Both the position numbers and the translations under genes were made by a program. Positions 39,945 to 52,675 of a stretch of DNA of 64,000 nt are shown one piece after another (positions within the stretch are counted from its first letter, which is position 1; each line of letters opens with the position of its first letter). This stretch comes from Setoptus koraiensis (taxonomy: Eukaryota > Animalia > Arthropoda): positions 16,988,001 to 17,052,000 of the forward strand of contig CM106586.1 of the NCBI GenBank assembly GCA_048013815.1, read 5' to 3'. The notes under the pieces are model-generated. The model ran no database searches and was not told the origin of the DNA. It saw nothing but the letters and a program-made list of their open reading frames with translations.

Positions 39945-41858
39945 GCGGGCGACGGGCAGCGGGCCGGCCCCGCCCGCCAACCGGACTGTCGACGCGACCA
40001 GTCCGGCCACACCGGTCGCGACGACACCGCCCCTCGCAAGTTCCGGTTCGCGGGCGGCTCCGCCAGCTTCGACGTGCGAGCGCGCTGCGCTGGCCAGCTT
40101 ACACTCTGTGCCACGCGAACGCCGCGATGACGCACACTGCAACGCCACGACTGGGGCCCGGAGGCACCTCGGGCACAGGAGCACAGCAGACGTGAAACGG
40201 GGCTCGTGTGCGCCGCTTGCCCCCAACTAGGCGGTGGTGTGCAGTGTTCGAACGGACGGGCTTTTGTGCTATGGCGCTCTGTCCATGTTATGCTCAGTGT
40301 CGCAGAGTGCGCAGACCAGCTTGGTCCGCGCACCCCCATCCAGTCCGCTGGCGGCAGGCTCAACTGTGGCCACATCCATGATATAAAATGGCTTCACAAT
40401 TGCTGCGTTCAGTCAGCCACATTTGCGCACAAATGCCCCACGCCAGACACACAACTGCGTGTGCACATCTTGCGTGAGCATGTGCTCTGCTCGTCGTGTG
40501 GCCAATCATGAGCGACGCCCATCGCTCATGGGCAACGTCTTGGGCCAGGGGTGCTGCGGGGCTGGGGCGCGCGCACACAAAAGTTATTACGCTCGCGCTC
40601 GCGCACACACACACACACGCACCCCAAAGCAGTCCCATATCCGAGAGGAAGAACGGCGCGAGGGGAGCGAAATTTGGCGCTTACCAACAGGCACCATTAG
40701 AAGTTACACAAACACACACACACACACACAGTATCGCAAACGGTGACGATATCGGGCCGCTAAAACTCGCTTGCATCCTGGCTCAAGCGAGGCAGCCATA
40801 AAAATACACAGAAACACTCATAACATTGCGCGTTGTGGACACACAAGCGCATAACTGGCACAACGCGGGGCCAACGGGCGCTCGCGGGGAGTGTGTGTGC
40901 GGCGGGGGGGGGGAGGCGCGAAATGTGTAGATTACATTGGACATGGTGTGCACTGTGTACAGGGCGCAAAATCGAATCTTAGATTGCGAATGCGCTAGTT
41001 TGTTTGGGCAAACTATAACGAACTGTAACGAACAGACTATAGTTCAGGCTGTGCACAGCAGATCGGATCGAATCGAATCACTACGACACAAACAAACGCA
41101 CACACACACACACACACACACACTCACGGCCCGAAATCGAACAATTGGTAGCGACCCAATATAAACACGCATGACCCACACGAACAAGAGCCAGCGAACT
41201 AGAGGGGGCCAGCAACAACGATGATGCAAGTAATCAACTGTTCTCTAGCCTGCACATACATTGGCACCAATTGGTCATCGCCTGTCGAATAATTATCAGT
41301 TATTATTATTAGTTGAACAGTTAGTTAGTGGCGTAGTTATTGTTTTAGTCTTGCATCACCAGCTATTAGCGTGTAATTAGCAGCTCAAAGGAAAAACAAT
41401 ACATCAATATATGCCAAAAATCTCACCGCAGCTTCCATAGTTTAGTCATCGCAACAACAGCTTCGCAAACCACAACCGCAAGTTGAGACCAGCACAACAA
41501 TACGACAGTGTAAATTTAATTTTAATTTAAAACAATCAGGCTACACAAATCGGCTTGGCATCAGGTGTGCGACCCGTGAGGAGAATGTGAACAGGAACAA
41601 ATCGACGGACATCATTCAATTTACATGCGCCTATGCGCCTTGTGACCAACTTAATCAACTTGCATCGCACACTGTCTACAAACAACATATCATACGCAGA
41701 AATTGAGACACACAAATCAATCGACTGCTAGCACACAACTATCTCTTCCACCACTGAGCACTTCCAAGAAAAATCTTGCCAAAAAACAAGATTTGCCAGC
41801 AGAACCAAAAGCTCACCACCGTCATCCATTCGCAGCTCGCTTGATCAATACAATCAAA

Positions 41859-43894
41859 ATGTTGGGCTGTATCAAATACCTTGTGATCCTATACAATCTC
41901 ATATTATGGGTAAGTAGATCAAACTCGCCAACTGTGTCACCCCAAATCACACATTATCCGAACCTCGTTCGTAACGATCGGCTCGATCAGTTCGTTGATC
42001 CCTCTGAGCACACACTTATACGATAATAGATAGATCAATGTGGCAACACTGATGGCAGACACACACAGGTCATGTCTCTCGTGTCCATTTCAACCTCAGT
42101 GATGAGGTTGAAATGGACACTGAACCAATACACACTAACACGTGGCCACACACTACATGTCCTATTGATATTATTGGGTCAGTAGAGTTTATTGACAAAT
42201 ATCTACACACTTAAACAGATATTCAGACATATTATTATTAGTCATAATAGTTATATGGTGTAACAGTGGAATCTTTTGAGAGGGCTGTCACGCAACTCGT
42301 GACAGCTATCAGATTGATGTTTGATGTACCACGAGTATTCCGTGATACGGCGCTATCATCATTCAGTTTATTACCCCGTCACACAATCACATTAGGCACA
42401 ATATAGAAGGACAATAGATCAATCAACATTCTTTTTTTATGCCTATATGACAATCTAGCTGCAAAAAGACTACTTAGCCCATTCGGCTATCTATCAAATG
42501 GGTTCATTGATTACACGCAATGCAATGCATATGCTGTAACTGTGTTTTGAGCGTAACATGATGCTGGCTATACCTGTACAACAACTTTACTGTTCTACAA
42601 ATAGGCCATCGCTCTTTTTCCATTGACCACAGTAGTGACCATTGTGCAAGAGGTTATCATCATGAGCCACTCTTGACAATGCCATCCTGACTATATAGTG
42701 AACTCGTTTATAGTGAACTCAAAATCCAAAAAATTCATTGCCGAATTATTAATGCCACTTCCTTTTATATTGCTATCATTCCACGTGCCTGCAGTTACTT
42801 GGTATTCATATTCTAGGACTGGCTATCTATTTCTACGTGGATACATTAAAATATGTTGATATAAGCACGTTGTCATGGCCAATCTATTCGACTCTGTTCA
42901 TAGTTGTAATCGCCATAGGAATTCTTGTTACGATGGGTAAGTGTAGATCAGGGAAACTTTTTACAAGTCTTGATATAAGAGCATATTCACTAATTTGTTT
43001 TTATTATTCTTAACAGTTGGTTTTTTCGGATGTTGCGGAGCCATTAAAGAGTCATCATGTATGCTTGGACTGGTAAGTAAACTTGAACTGTCTGGCAATA
43101 TTCCTTTTATCCATATGTACAAACTGAATTTCTAACCTTTCATCATCTTGTCATCAACATATGCGCATCACCAATAGTATTTCCTCCTATGTGTCATAGT
43201 TTGTGGTTCTTGTGGTGCAGCGCTATTTTGGGTGGAGCAAAACACTTTACCTGTCAAGGGCTATCTGCAAGAGGACATTAAGAAGATTATTCAAAAGAAT
43301 TACAGTAAACAAAATGATAGTATGACAAATTTGATCATTGACAAAATACAAAATGACTTCCAATGTTGTGGATCGACAAACTATACTGATTGGTCTAACT
43401 CTTGGCAAAATAATGGAACTGGAAGACCTGACATAGGTATTAACGGAAATGGGCCAGCATATATTAGTCCAAATTATGCGCCAACTGCGCGACAGTATTC
43501 TAACTCTAATCAACAACAGATACAGTATGCAAGCAGCAACACTGTAAATCAAGGCATCAATCAATCGCAGCAATCACAAATTGTGTCCACATCATTTAGG
43601 GTACCACTGTCATGTTGTTCGACTAGAAACGACAATCAGTATCAACAATGTAAGCAGGCAGTCGAGAAGTATGATGGTTTTTCAAATCAACAACTGCAAC
43701 AAATCCTCCCACGAATTACTGGAGTCAATTCTGAGGGATGTGTGGATAAGGTGCACTCTTATTTAGCCGCCAACTCACTCATATTGATAATAATTGGAGG
43801 CATTTGTATAGGTCTACAATTCTTGGCCATTGTATTTGCTTTTGTTTTATGTTGCGCTATAAATAGAGCCACAATGAGTGACGAAGAAAAGTAA
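41859..43894 (+). CDS. Tetraspanin; exons 41859-41909, 42795-42936, 43017-43072, 43178-43894
   Basis: GCIKYLVILYNLILW, GFFGCCGAIKESSCML, IQNDFQCCG, VPLSCC and GCVDKV, four TM segments; junctions in phase. Confidence 0.93.
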
Positions 43895-44751
43895 CTCAAT
43901 TCATCTATCTAAGCACCGAATCATGTCACACATTATCCTAAGGCAAGAAAGATGCCTTGAATTCAATGGTACTACTGATTCCAAACTATTAATTTCTCAA
44001 ACTCAACTCACATGAGCAAAGACCAAATTTTGTTTGTTCAAGAGAATAAGCAATCATTATTAAGATACAAATATATAGCTAAGAGGGTGAGAAGTAGCAG
44101 GGTATGGTTTCCTCACTAAGCATTCCCACCCAGAGTACTCAGACCATCCTATTCATCTGCCAGTAGAAGGAACCACTTATATTAATCAGCATCGAATAAT
44201 CACTGAGAGTATTGCTCAATAAAAGAAGATTCAAATTAAAGCTGTCGACAAGCGCACAATTTTTCAAAAATAAAATGTACCTCTTCTATCTATTGAAAAT
44301 TTTCTACCATCAAATAGAATAATATCAATATTGAAAGATATTTTACAAGCACAACCTCTCGATGTGGCGTAAAAAAGACGATCCGAACAAGATTGTACTA
44401 ATGTAAATATACTATATATGACAAAGTCAACAATGAGTCAATAACAATGTCTAAAATTTACAATAAAGAAAATAAAAAGATATTTCATCACATATAAGAT
44501 GGAGTGAGAAAGACTTCAGTTATTTCAAATAGTAAAACCCAAATCATCTCATGATAAAGGTGTGTAACAATTGTAAGTCAATGACGACTGAACTAACTGA
44601 ACTCGCTCCAATGAATCTTCTAGGCTATTCTATATGAGTATTGTATAGGCCGCATCAAAGTTCTGGTTCGAAACTTCCCAATCTATATTCCATTTCATCG
44701 ACACTATTTCGACGAAAAATATTTTCAAACATCGCGGTAAATTATGCGCCA

Positions 44752-44763
44752 TGCGCATGCGCA
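44752..44763. promoter_or_regulatory. NRF1/Ewg-type palindrome TGCGCATGCGCA upstream of RpS4 copy 2
   Basis: Exact 12-bp palindrome ~150 nt upstream of the ATG at 44910. Confidence 0.5.
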
Positions 44764-44909
44764 GCTCGTTGGTGGCAGCATTTTTCTGCAGCATTTCCGT
44801 CTGTTGATCCCATGTTCTTACAGATCAATAATTCTATTTACCAAATTGTAAAATCCTTATTATCATAAATTATCAAACAACTTGGATAGGGACTCTCAAT
44901 ATTTGAACT

Positions 44910-46283
44910 ATGGTGAGTTGGAACTAGATATGACAATCAGGACTTTGAATAGTCGTCAGACAATCCAGATGCCGGCATGAATGTCATTTGAATAGAATTT
45001 GAGTGAACCTCCTCTCATTCTTCTAAAACCAGCATTATTTCTAACAATGTATTCTGGTGCATTTTTCTACTATTAACTGTACTTCATCCTAGGCTCGTGG
45101 ACCCAAGAAACATCTAAAGCGTCTCGTCGCCCCAAAAGCATGGATGTTGGACAAATTAGGCGGTGTGTTTGCACCCAGACCATCACCCGGTCCCCACAAA
45201 TTACGTGAATCTTTGCCCTTGATAATTATGTTGAGAAACAAACTGAAGTATGCTCTCACGAGGAAGGAGGTATCGAAAATTGTTATGCAGCGTACAATTA
45301 AAGTTGATGGAAAAGTGAGGACAGACAGCACTTTTCCAACAGGTTTTATGGGTTAGTTACACAAACTACATTGCTGAATGAATCGTAAAATGAGAGATAA
45401 GGCCCTTATATCGAAGAGGCATTAGGTCCAAAACACTCTTGGACAATGCTTTCAAAACTGGGCCGAAATCAAGAGGTCCCCAAACGGTCGCTCACTGAGT
45501 TGCTTGATCCTTTAGAAACGGGTTCAGCTATACTTTTTGCGCATCACCCAACGGAGATACATGCTTTCATTCGGAACATTGATTGATGATGTCAAAAGCT
45601 ACCTATATTAATACAATCTTTTCATATTTTTTTCATGTCTTTACTTTGAACAGATGTCGTGTCAATAGAGAGAACAAAGGAATTCTTCCGTATTTTGTAC
45701 GACGTAAAAGGACGATTTGCTCTCCACCGTATCACCGCCGACGAGGCCTCATACAAGCTTTGTCGTGTTAAGAGGGTAGGTACGGGACCCAAAGGAGTAC
45801 CGTACTTAGTTACGCACGATGGACGTACAATAAGGTACCCAGATCCATTGATCAAAGTGCACGATACTATTCGTGTAGACGTGAAAACAGGCAAGATTTT
45901 GGAATTTATCAAGTTTGAGACTAGTAATCTATGTATGGTTACAGGAGGTCACAATTTAGGTCGTGTAGGAGTGATCGCACATAGAGAGCGCCACTCTGGT
46001 AGTTTCGATATTGTACACGTGAAAGATTCACAGGGACACACATTTGCCACTAGGTAAGCTATTGAGTATCACGTGTTGCAACAGGCTTTACGTTGTTATC
46101 AAGATATAGCTAATAGATGATTTTAATATTTACATTCTTCTTACTATTCGATGTCTATTCTGCAGGATCAATTACATCTTCATCATTGGCAAGGGAGTGA
46201 AACCATACATTTCACTACCGAAAGGCAAAGGTGTCAGACTCAGCGTTGCCGAGGAACGTGACCGACGATTAACTAAAGTTTAA
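44910..46283 (+). CDS. RpS4: 40S ribosomal protein S4 (eS4), copy 2; exons 44910-44912, 45093-45351, 45654-46053, 46166-46283
   Basis: Same protein as copy 1 apart from the last residues (..LTKV vs ..LTKAQ); ATG followed by GTGAGT donor. Confidence 0.97.
45401..45564 (+). ncRNA. Candidate intronic H/ACA snoRNA in RpS4 copy 2 intron 2
   Basis: Hairpin 1: GGCCC/GGGCC, GCATT/AATGC and GTCCAA/TTGGAC stems with an internal loop. Hinge AAATCA (ANANNA) at 45466-45471, a second imperfect hairpin, then ACA at 45559-45561. Confidence 0.5.
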
Positions 46284-46368
46284 ATAAAGTCTGTATGAAC
46301 GGATTCCATAAAGTATTCACATTTCCAAATCTCTAAATTCAACCGCTATTGCCTATATTAATTCAATA

Positions 46369-46674
46369 TCAAATTAACTCATCTGGCTTAGATATATTTA
46401 GCGCGGGCCATAACTGACAGGGTCGCTCTATTGGTTCTTGTGCTTCCTTCATGGGTATACTTATAGACTTCATGATATGTGATTTAAGAGCAGTGCTATA
46501 TTTCGGAATGGTTTCTGTGTCAATGCTGATGGAGTCATTATGATCATAGACAGCTTCGGGCCTTTCAATTCTAGTACATCTATCGGCACAGCAATCACAG
46601 ACGCATCCTAGAAATCGAAAGCATAGCACTATCAATATAGTTATCAAAACAAGAGATAATATTATCCACCACAT
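46369..46674 (-). CDS. Putative small single-pass membrane protein (101 aa) with juxtamembrane Cys cluster
   Basis: ATG-initiated ORF with an N-terminal hydrophobic helix followed by GCVCDCC; no homolog recognised. Confidence 0.4.
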   Translation of the reverse strand: MWWIILSLVLITILIVLCFRFLGCVCDCCADRCTRIERPEAVYDHNDSISIDTETIPKYSTALKSHIMKSISIPMKEAQEPIERPCQLWPALNISKPDELI

Positions 46675-48139
46675 GATATAAAGTGTGTAGGGTTCGCTAG
46701 GTGAATGGTGTTGAAAAAATCTCTCGCAATTACTTTGCTCCGCTCATGGGTCATTAACATCGATATAGCCTATCGATTCCATGCTGTGTCTCACCACTAC
46801 CAGCAACCGCTTGACTAAAAAGATCAATGAAATTATCCTGCAGTGCAGGTTCCAGTCTAATGAAACAGATTACATCGAACCAGATCAGAAGACTATCACT
46901 GTATGATGACATGTTGACGTCTCGAGATTTGAGAATCTTTATGCATATGCACAGGAGTCTACGTCTTCCAAGAATCTCTACAGAGATCTTGACTGTTTGC
47001 CGTTGTAGTTTGTTCACTTGCGTAATAGTGGAAATATGAATCGATCCCTATGACATAAGGAGTATAATGATCGTACATGATCGTGAGCAAGTCAGTAATT
47101 GTTTAGACTTTGGCAAGCTCATATAAATAGTTGAGAGACCAATAGTACTATGCGCGCCTTTCCTCCGCAATTACATACTAATAGTATACTGTTTTACTGT
47201 GTTGGATAGATGATATGCATAGAGATTTAAGATGCTATGTTAGGTGCACGATCATTTGGTTTTTGCAATCCATTTATGATGAAGGCTTCAAGGAATCCTC
47301 CTTGCCACCTAATGCCGCAGCATGCAGAACGTATGTATATAGTTTTCATTATATTCTCATGTTATTATTATCCAAGAAGGATATCATTGCCGTGAATATA
47401 CAGTGATGAAGGCCGCCGAGGTAACACGTAATTGGAGTACATTGATAACAGCACTACACTGTGCTGCACAAATGTATATTTTCTACTCGAGGGATCTATT
47501 GTGCCTGACAATTGTGAGCAGCCAACAATCGACAGTGAGGCGCAAGCTGGGGACTATTGCATAGATTAAACCAAGTAATGCACGATTTGTGCTTGATTAT
47601 GTCTGTGCTATCTCGTATGTGCATCCGCACGACCAGTTACACTGAAATTAGTTGGAGGCGTTGCGTAGAGGGAGCTTCTGTGTTGCAACAGCATTACTTA
47701 AAATACCAGTGTTACTCCTTGAGGGAAATTTTCGAACTAGAGCGATATGTGTCTAAATAAACAGTAGGGGTGCCATGTTTTGCTGGACCACCCAATATCT
47801 GCGAAGAAATCATGGTATAACAACAATTTTGTTGTTGTCTTGTCATTCTACACTTACATAATAACTTGATATTATATGTTCAACATACAGTAGACCGATT
47901 ATTGGTGTAAAGCCAATCAAAATTTCTGTTCTCTATTATATTATACATATTCTTTGAATAGTCATCAACAATATAAAACAATTTGTGACGTTACAGGAGA
48001 CATCACGGGGGACAGAATTTATCAGCGTCATTGCATCAAGAACAAATAAACAAACAATTCAGATAATCAATATTGATGCGATAACGATTACATGTATAAA
48101 TCCCAAACGATTTGAAACAAACAACAAAACTAAACCAAT

Positions 48140-49746
48140 ATGATGCCCCATCAAAGCGTCCCCGAGGCCTCCAAGCCGACCCTCTCAAGCGGCCCATCGA
48201 CACCCACCAGTCATAGCCTATTGGATCCACTAGCTGGAGGTAAAAAGTATTATCGTTCATCTCATCATAGGATATTTGTTAATAGAAGCCTTAGTTTAGA
48301 GAAGATTCAATTTTTCGGTTTTGATATGGATTACACAATTGCTGAATATAAATCACCAGAGTTTGAGGCGTTAGCCTTTAAACTTGCCTTACACAAACTT
48401 GTTGACATGGGTTATCCTACAAAATTGGGCAATATTGAATATGATTCCTCATTCCCTGTTAGAGGTTTATGGCTAGACACCTTATATGGCAACTTTCTCA
48501 AAGTAGATGCTTATGGAAATATTCTTGTTTGTGTCCATGGACTCAAGTTCTTAAAAACGTAAGTAGCAATTCATCGACAACAAACGAACACGAAATTACT
48601 CCAAAAAAATCATTGAGCAACTAATCTTTCCAACATTCGCTCTCTTATCATAGATCGGAAATTTTTCACATATATCCAAACAAATTTGTTCAGATGAGTG
48701 ACTCACGTATTTATGTACTGAATACTTTGTTCAATCAACCCGAAACAGCCGTATTAGCACATGTTATCGATTTCTTCAGCACCTCGAGTGATTTTGATAG
48801 AAGCTCGCCCTATGGAGTTAAAGACAACAAGGCTAACCTATTCATGCCTTACAAAAGTATGTTTCAGGACGTTCGAAGTGCATTCGATACAATACATGCT
48901 GATGGTTCCCTCAAACAGCAGACTGTTGACAATCTAGACAAATATGTCAAAAGAGATGAAAGAATTCCTTTGCTCTTTGACAGAATGCGTGAGAATGGCA
49001 AGAAAACTTTCCTCCTCACGAACAGTGGTTACAAATACACCGATCAAATAATGACATATTTGTTTAGTTTACCAAGTTGCAAAACTCGAAGTTGGACCTC
49101 TTATTTTGATTTCATCATTGTAGATGCTCGAAAGCCATTATTTTTCGGCGAAGGCACTCTCCTGAGGCAAGTCGATGCCAAATCAGGAGCTTTGAGAATA
49201 GGCACTCACGTAGAAGATTTTTGTGGACCCTTGCAACCAGACCAAATATTTTCCGGAGGAAATTGTGACACTTTAACAAAATTAATGGGAGCAAGGGGTC
49301 GAGATGTGCTATACGTCGGAGATCATATCTACGGAGATATACTGAGATCTAAGAAAATAAGAGGGTGGAGAACATTCTTGGTTGTTCCCGAACTTCAGCG
49401 AGAGCTCGAGGTTTGGTCGGATAAGCGTCACTTGTTTCAGAGGCTATCCGACCTAGACATTAAGTTGGGTGATGTATATAAAAATCTCGACAGTAGTTGC
49501 AGACAAAACCCAGACATTAGTCAGCTTAAGAGTAAGATACGAGAGACTATACACGAACTTGACATGTCATATGGTACACTAGGAAGTATTTTTAGGTGTG
49601 GATCAAGGCAAACACATTTCGCTAGCCAGATTGCTCGTTATGCTGACATATATGCTTGTACTTTTTTAAACTTGTTCTACTACCCATTTTCCTACATGTT
49701 CAGAGCTCCAGCTTCTCTGTTGCCACACGAATCGACAGTACTCTGA
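48140..49746 (+). CDS. NT5C2: Cytosolic purine 5'-nucleotidase (cN-II); exons 48140-48558 and 48654-49746
   Basis: [12 protein letters not shown] motif [49 protein letters not shown] and RYADIYA. Confidence 0.96.
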
Positions 49747-49886
49747 CCAACGACTATACCATAATCTTGTAGATTGAACAACTAAAGGAGGCAAAACAAA
49801 CGTCGCTGTATAACTAGCCTAGCATCAATCTTTACTCGATATAAATCTGAAGAAAAAAGAACACTGGTTTCTGTGCAAAATAATCA

Positions 49887-50453
49887 CTATTTGACTCCTC
49901 GACCCTTGGAAGTCTCGGCTGCCTTGGCTTTCTTTTCTTCCTCCTTGGCTTTGATCTCGGCCTCCCGTTTCAATCTCGCAGCTTCCCTCTGTTGTTTAAT
50001 GAGCGCTAGCCTGGCTAGATCAGCTCTGGCTTGTTCGGTTTTGAGAGATACATTGGCGGCTCGGCGTTGTCTTTCTGCTTCCTCCCTCTCCCTACGAGAG
50101 AGTTGGGGTACGGCTTCGGTGGACGGGCCTGCTTTGGCCACGGCTGGGGGTGCTTTTTTAATTACCCTATTTGGATTTTCGACTTCAATAAGACTTTCTA
50201 CACCTTTGGGCCTGCGCTCCTCATCTCCAGTGTCATCGCTATCTCCTGTCTCCTCTTCGCTTTCGTCGTCGCTTTCTTCACTCTCACTTTCTTCATCTTC
50301 AGCGTTCTCTTCATCGTCGTCGTCTCCTCTTTGTTTCCTCCATTCGGCTTGTTTAGCTAATTTTTTTTGCTGCGCCTCTATTTCATCAAAATTTGTGAAT
50401 CGCCTGTGCTGGCCCTTGTGCCCTTTTCCAGGTGGTTTTCCTTTGCCTTTCAT
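49887..50453 (-). CDS. PDAP1: 28 kDa heat- and acid-stable phosphoprotein (PDGFA-associated protein 1)
   Basis: GKGHKG..RRFT, acidic tract, [23 protein letters not shown] and [20 protein letters not shown]. Confidence 0.92.
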   Translation of the reverse strand: MKGKGKPPGKGHKGQHRRFTNFDEIEAQQKKLAKQAEWRKQRGDDDDEENAEDEESESEESDDESEEETGDSDDTGDEERRPKGVESLIEVENPNRVIKKAPPAVAKAGPSTEAVPQLSRREREEAERQRRAANVSLKTEQARADLARLALIKQQREAARLKREAEIKAKEEEKKAKAAETSKGRGVK

Positions 50454-50892
50454 CCTAATAGAATAGTGAGAACTCTGATATGGTTTTATTAACAATAAAG
50501 TTTATGTAATGGTTAAACTAAGGAATTTATCAATTAGTTTAATAGTATCTAAATATGAGTGAAGGGATTTGATGATTTATCATGAATGTGAGATAAGGGG
50601 GACAGAGAGCGATTCCATCATCATGCTGAATTTGAACGCTTTTAATTTTTTTCTCTAGCAGAAAAGAAATGTAAATATTGCGTGCGCACATACAACTAAG
50701 AATGGCGGAAGATTCAACTGGACAACCATCTTTTGCATGTTCACAGTGTAGTCCCATTCTGCTCCGAAATTGCGTGGTTTGGCTTCGGTTTGGTGAAAAT
50801 ACGGCCAAAACCATATGAAGCGACATTCAACAACACCTCACTCTATTTTATACCACATTTTTGGATGAATTTTACTTCTCGAACTCGGAAAG

Positions 50893-52083
50893 ATGGACGA
50901 ATTTGTTGTTAGAACAGCCTCAGCCTCCACCAAAAAGATGAGCCTCCTTAAATTTCACAAGAATGATAAACTCGTTTGGGGCGATGTCAAGGTTCGCAAG
51001 GAGGGTGATCATCATCCATGGCAATTGAAAATGCGTTCGGGGAATAGTACAAGACGCTTCAAAGCCGTCAGAGAGGGAGGTGTCAGCGATAATGCCAGCT
51101 ATTTTGTTTTCTTCAAAATACCAGACCAAAATACCTATGAGGTTAGTCCAATCAATGACTGGTTCAATGTGTCAGCCACCCAAAGATATAAGGCCCTGAG
51201 CCACGAGGAAGCCGAAAAGAAATTTGAAGAACGACACAAGATGCTCAATCTTTTTTCTGTGATGCGTACGAAAAACAAAGAAACCAACGAAGATGGCGAA
51301 GGTGCAGGATCCTTCAAGGTGTCAGAGAAAGACGAATGGGATGAAGCGGGTATGGACTCTGATGACCACAGTGGCGACGAGAAGGAAAAAAGAAGTAAAA
51401 AAACCATAAAGGATGAAGATAAATTAGACGAAGCGGTAGAGGAGAGCGACGAGGGTGATTTCGAGCGTGAGGTTGACTATATGTCAGATACATCCTCTTC
51501 GGCATCAAGCAACGGGGCAGAGGACATAAAAAGTATTTCTGAAGAAGTCGCTTTGAAAGCTCTCCTCCAATCAGAGAGCGAGGATGAGGATGAAATAAAG
51601 AAAGAAGATGAAGCCGGCCCAAGTGAGAATCAACAGATCAAACAAGAGCCCAACCCCGATTTAGAGATCAACATGTCGGACCCGTCATCTGATAGCGATG
51701 TCTCGGACATAGATGAATCCACAATAAATTCTGTAGTGTTTATGAAAAAGCTTGACGTAGAAGCCCCACCACCTACCACTGCTGCCCCCACCGAGAAACC
51801 AACTTTAAAAAGGAAAGTTAGCGGCACAGACTTAGCCGGTTCATCCAAGCGTCCTTGCACAACTGATTCCGGTCAAGAAATTGAAAATTTGGTTCGTAGA
51901 TATTTAATGAGGAAGCCGATGTCAACCAAGGCCCTCTTGAAGCAATTGAAGGCCAAACTGAAGGGCTCAGGTATTAATCAAAAGGAGCTTGAAGTCGTCA
52001 AAATAGCGGAAATAATACGAAAAATCAATCCAGAGAAGCTCATTGTAAATAATGAATTATTGTTGTTCATAAGAAGTGTCTAG
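50893..52083 (+). CDS. GTF2F1: General transcription factor IIF subunit 1 (RAP74); intronless, head-to-head with PDAP1
   Basis: PWQLK, F.AVREGGVSDNASYFVF, W.NVSA..RYKAL..EEAEKKF, EVDYMSD and C-terminal RRYL.RKPM.TK.LL winged helix. Confidence 0.93.
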   Translation: MDEFVVRTASASTKKMSLLKFHKNDKLVWGDVKVRKEGDHHPWQLKMRSGNSTRRFKAVREGGVSDNASYFVFFKIPDQNTYEVSPINDWFNVSATQRYKALSHEEAEKKFEERHKMLNLFSVMRTKNKETNEDGEGAGSFKVSEKDEWDEAGMDSDDHSGDEKEKRSKKTIKDEDKLDEAVEESDEGDFEREVDYMSDTSSSASSNGAEDIKSISEEVALKALLQSESEDEDEIKKEDEAGPSENQQIKQEPNPDLEINMSDPSSDSDVSDIDESTINSVVFMKKLDVEAPPPTTAAPTEKPTLKRKVSGTDLAGSSKRPCTTDSGQEIENLVRRYLMRKPMSTKALLKQLKAKLKGSGINQKELEVVKIAEIIRKINPEKLIVNNELLLFIRSV

Positions 52084-52111
52084 TTCGAAATAAATTGTCA
52101 TCATGACCGCA

Positions 52112-52375
52112 AATCAATCGTGTCCTACACATTGAAACAAATGATGGAAATCAGTTTAGGAACTCAAAACTGTACATCATTGCTGTTCGTTCGAATCGAT
52201 TCAAAATCGTCATGTACCTCAAGAAAACCATGCGAAAAAGTAGACATTTATATATTTTCAATCGGATATCGCGATATCTGACACTAACAGTGTGCAAGTG
52301 GTGCCACAAGTCAATTGCAGTCGTGCAATGAAGCGCCTTTTTGAGGATCTATTTAGTGATTACAATCGACTAATA
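52112..52375 (+). pseudogene. Inverted copy of the nAChR 5' UTR and exon 1 (source 26973-26697) with a 13-bp deletion
   Basis: Manual alignment; for example gcagtcgtgcaatgaagcgcctttttgaggatctatttagtgattacaatcgactaata is identical to the nAChR sense strand. Confidence 0.92.
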
Positions 52376-52675
52376 CAATGTATTACAATAGAAGCAAGGT
52401 GACAGTCATGCATCTCAGTAATTGCATACAAAATAACCGCAATCTTTTGTGGATTCTTAAGAACTACAAATCGGATTTCCAAGGACAGTTTTGACCAGCA
52501 TGCAATTCGGGAAAATATTCTGCTTTCATAAAATTCTACAGTTGAGGGATAGTTGATCAAATGTTCTGCGAGGCCAAATAGTGTCAGTATTAGATAGAAA
52601 TCTTACTAGTTTCGCATGGATTTTCGATTGGATCACTGACACAAAGAGAGATTGATAAATATATCGTGATGACAC

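Noticed and set aside
38173-41229. Many overlapping 60-246 aa ORFs in all six frames
   Set aside because: Expected from high GC and repeats; no domain, and many lack true ATG starts.
46754-47800. Cys-containing short open frames upstream of NT5C2
   Set aside because: Interrupted by stops in every frame, with no consistent splice model or homology.
49873-51860. Antisense ORFs over PDAP1 and TFIIF-alpha (and similar ones over other genes)
   Set aside because: Shadow ORFs of biased-composition coding strands.
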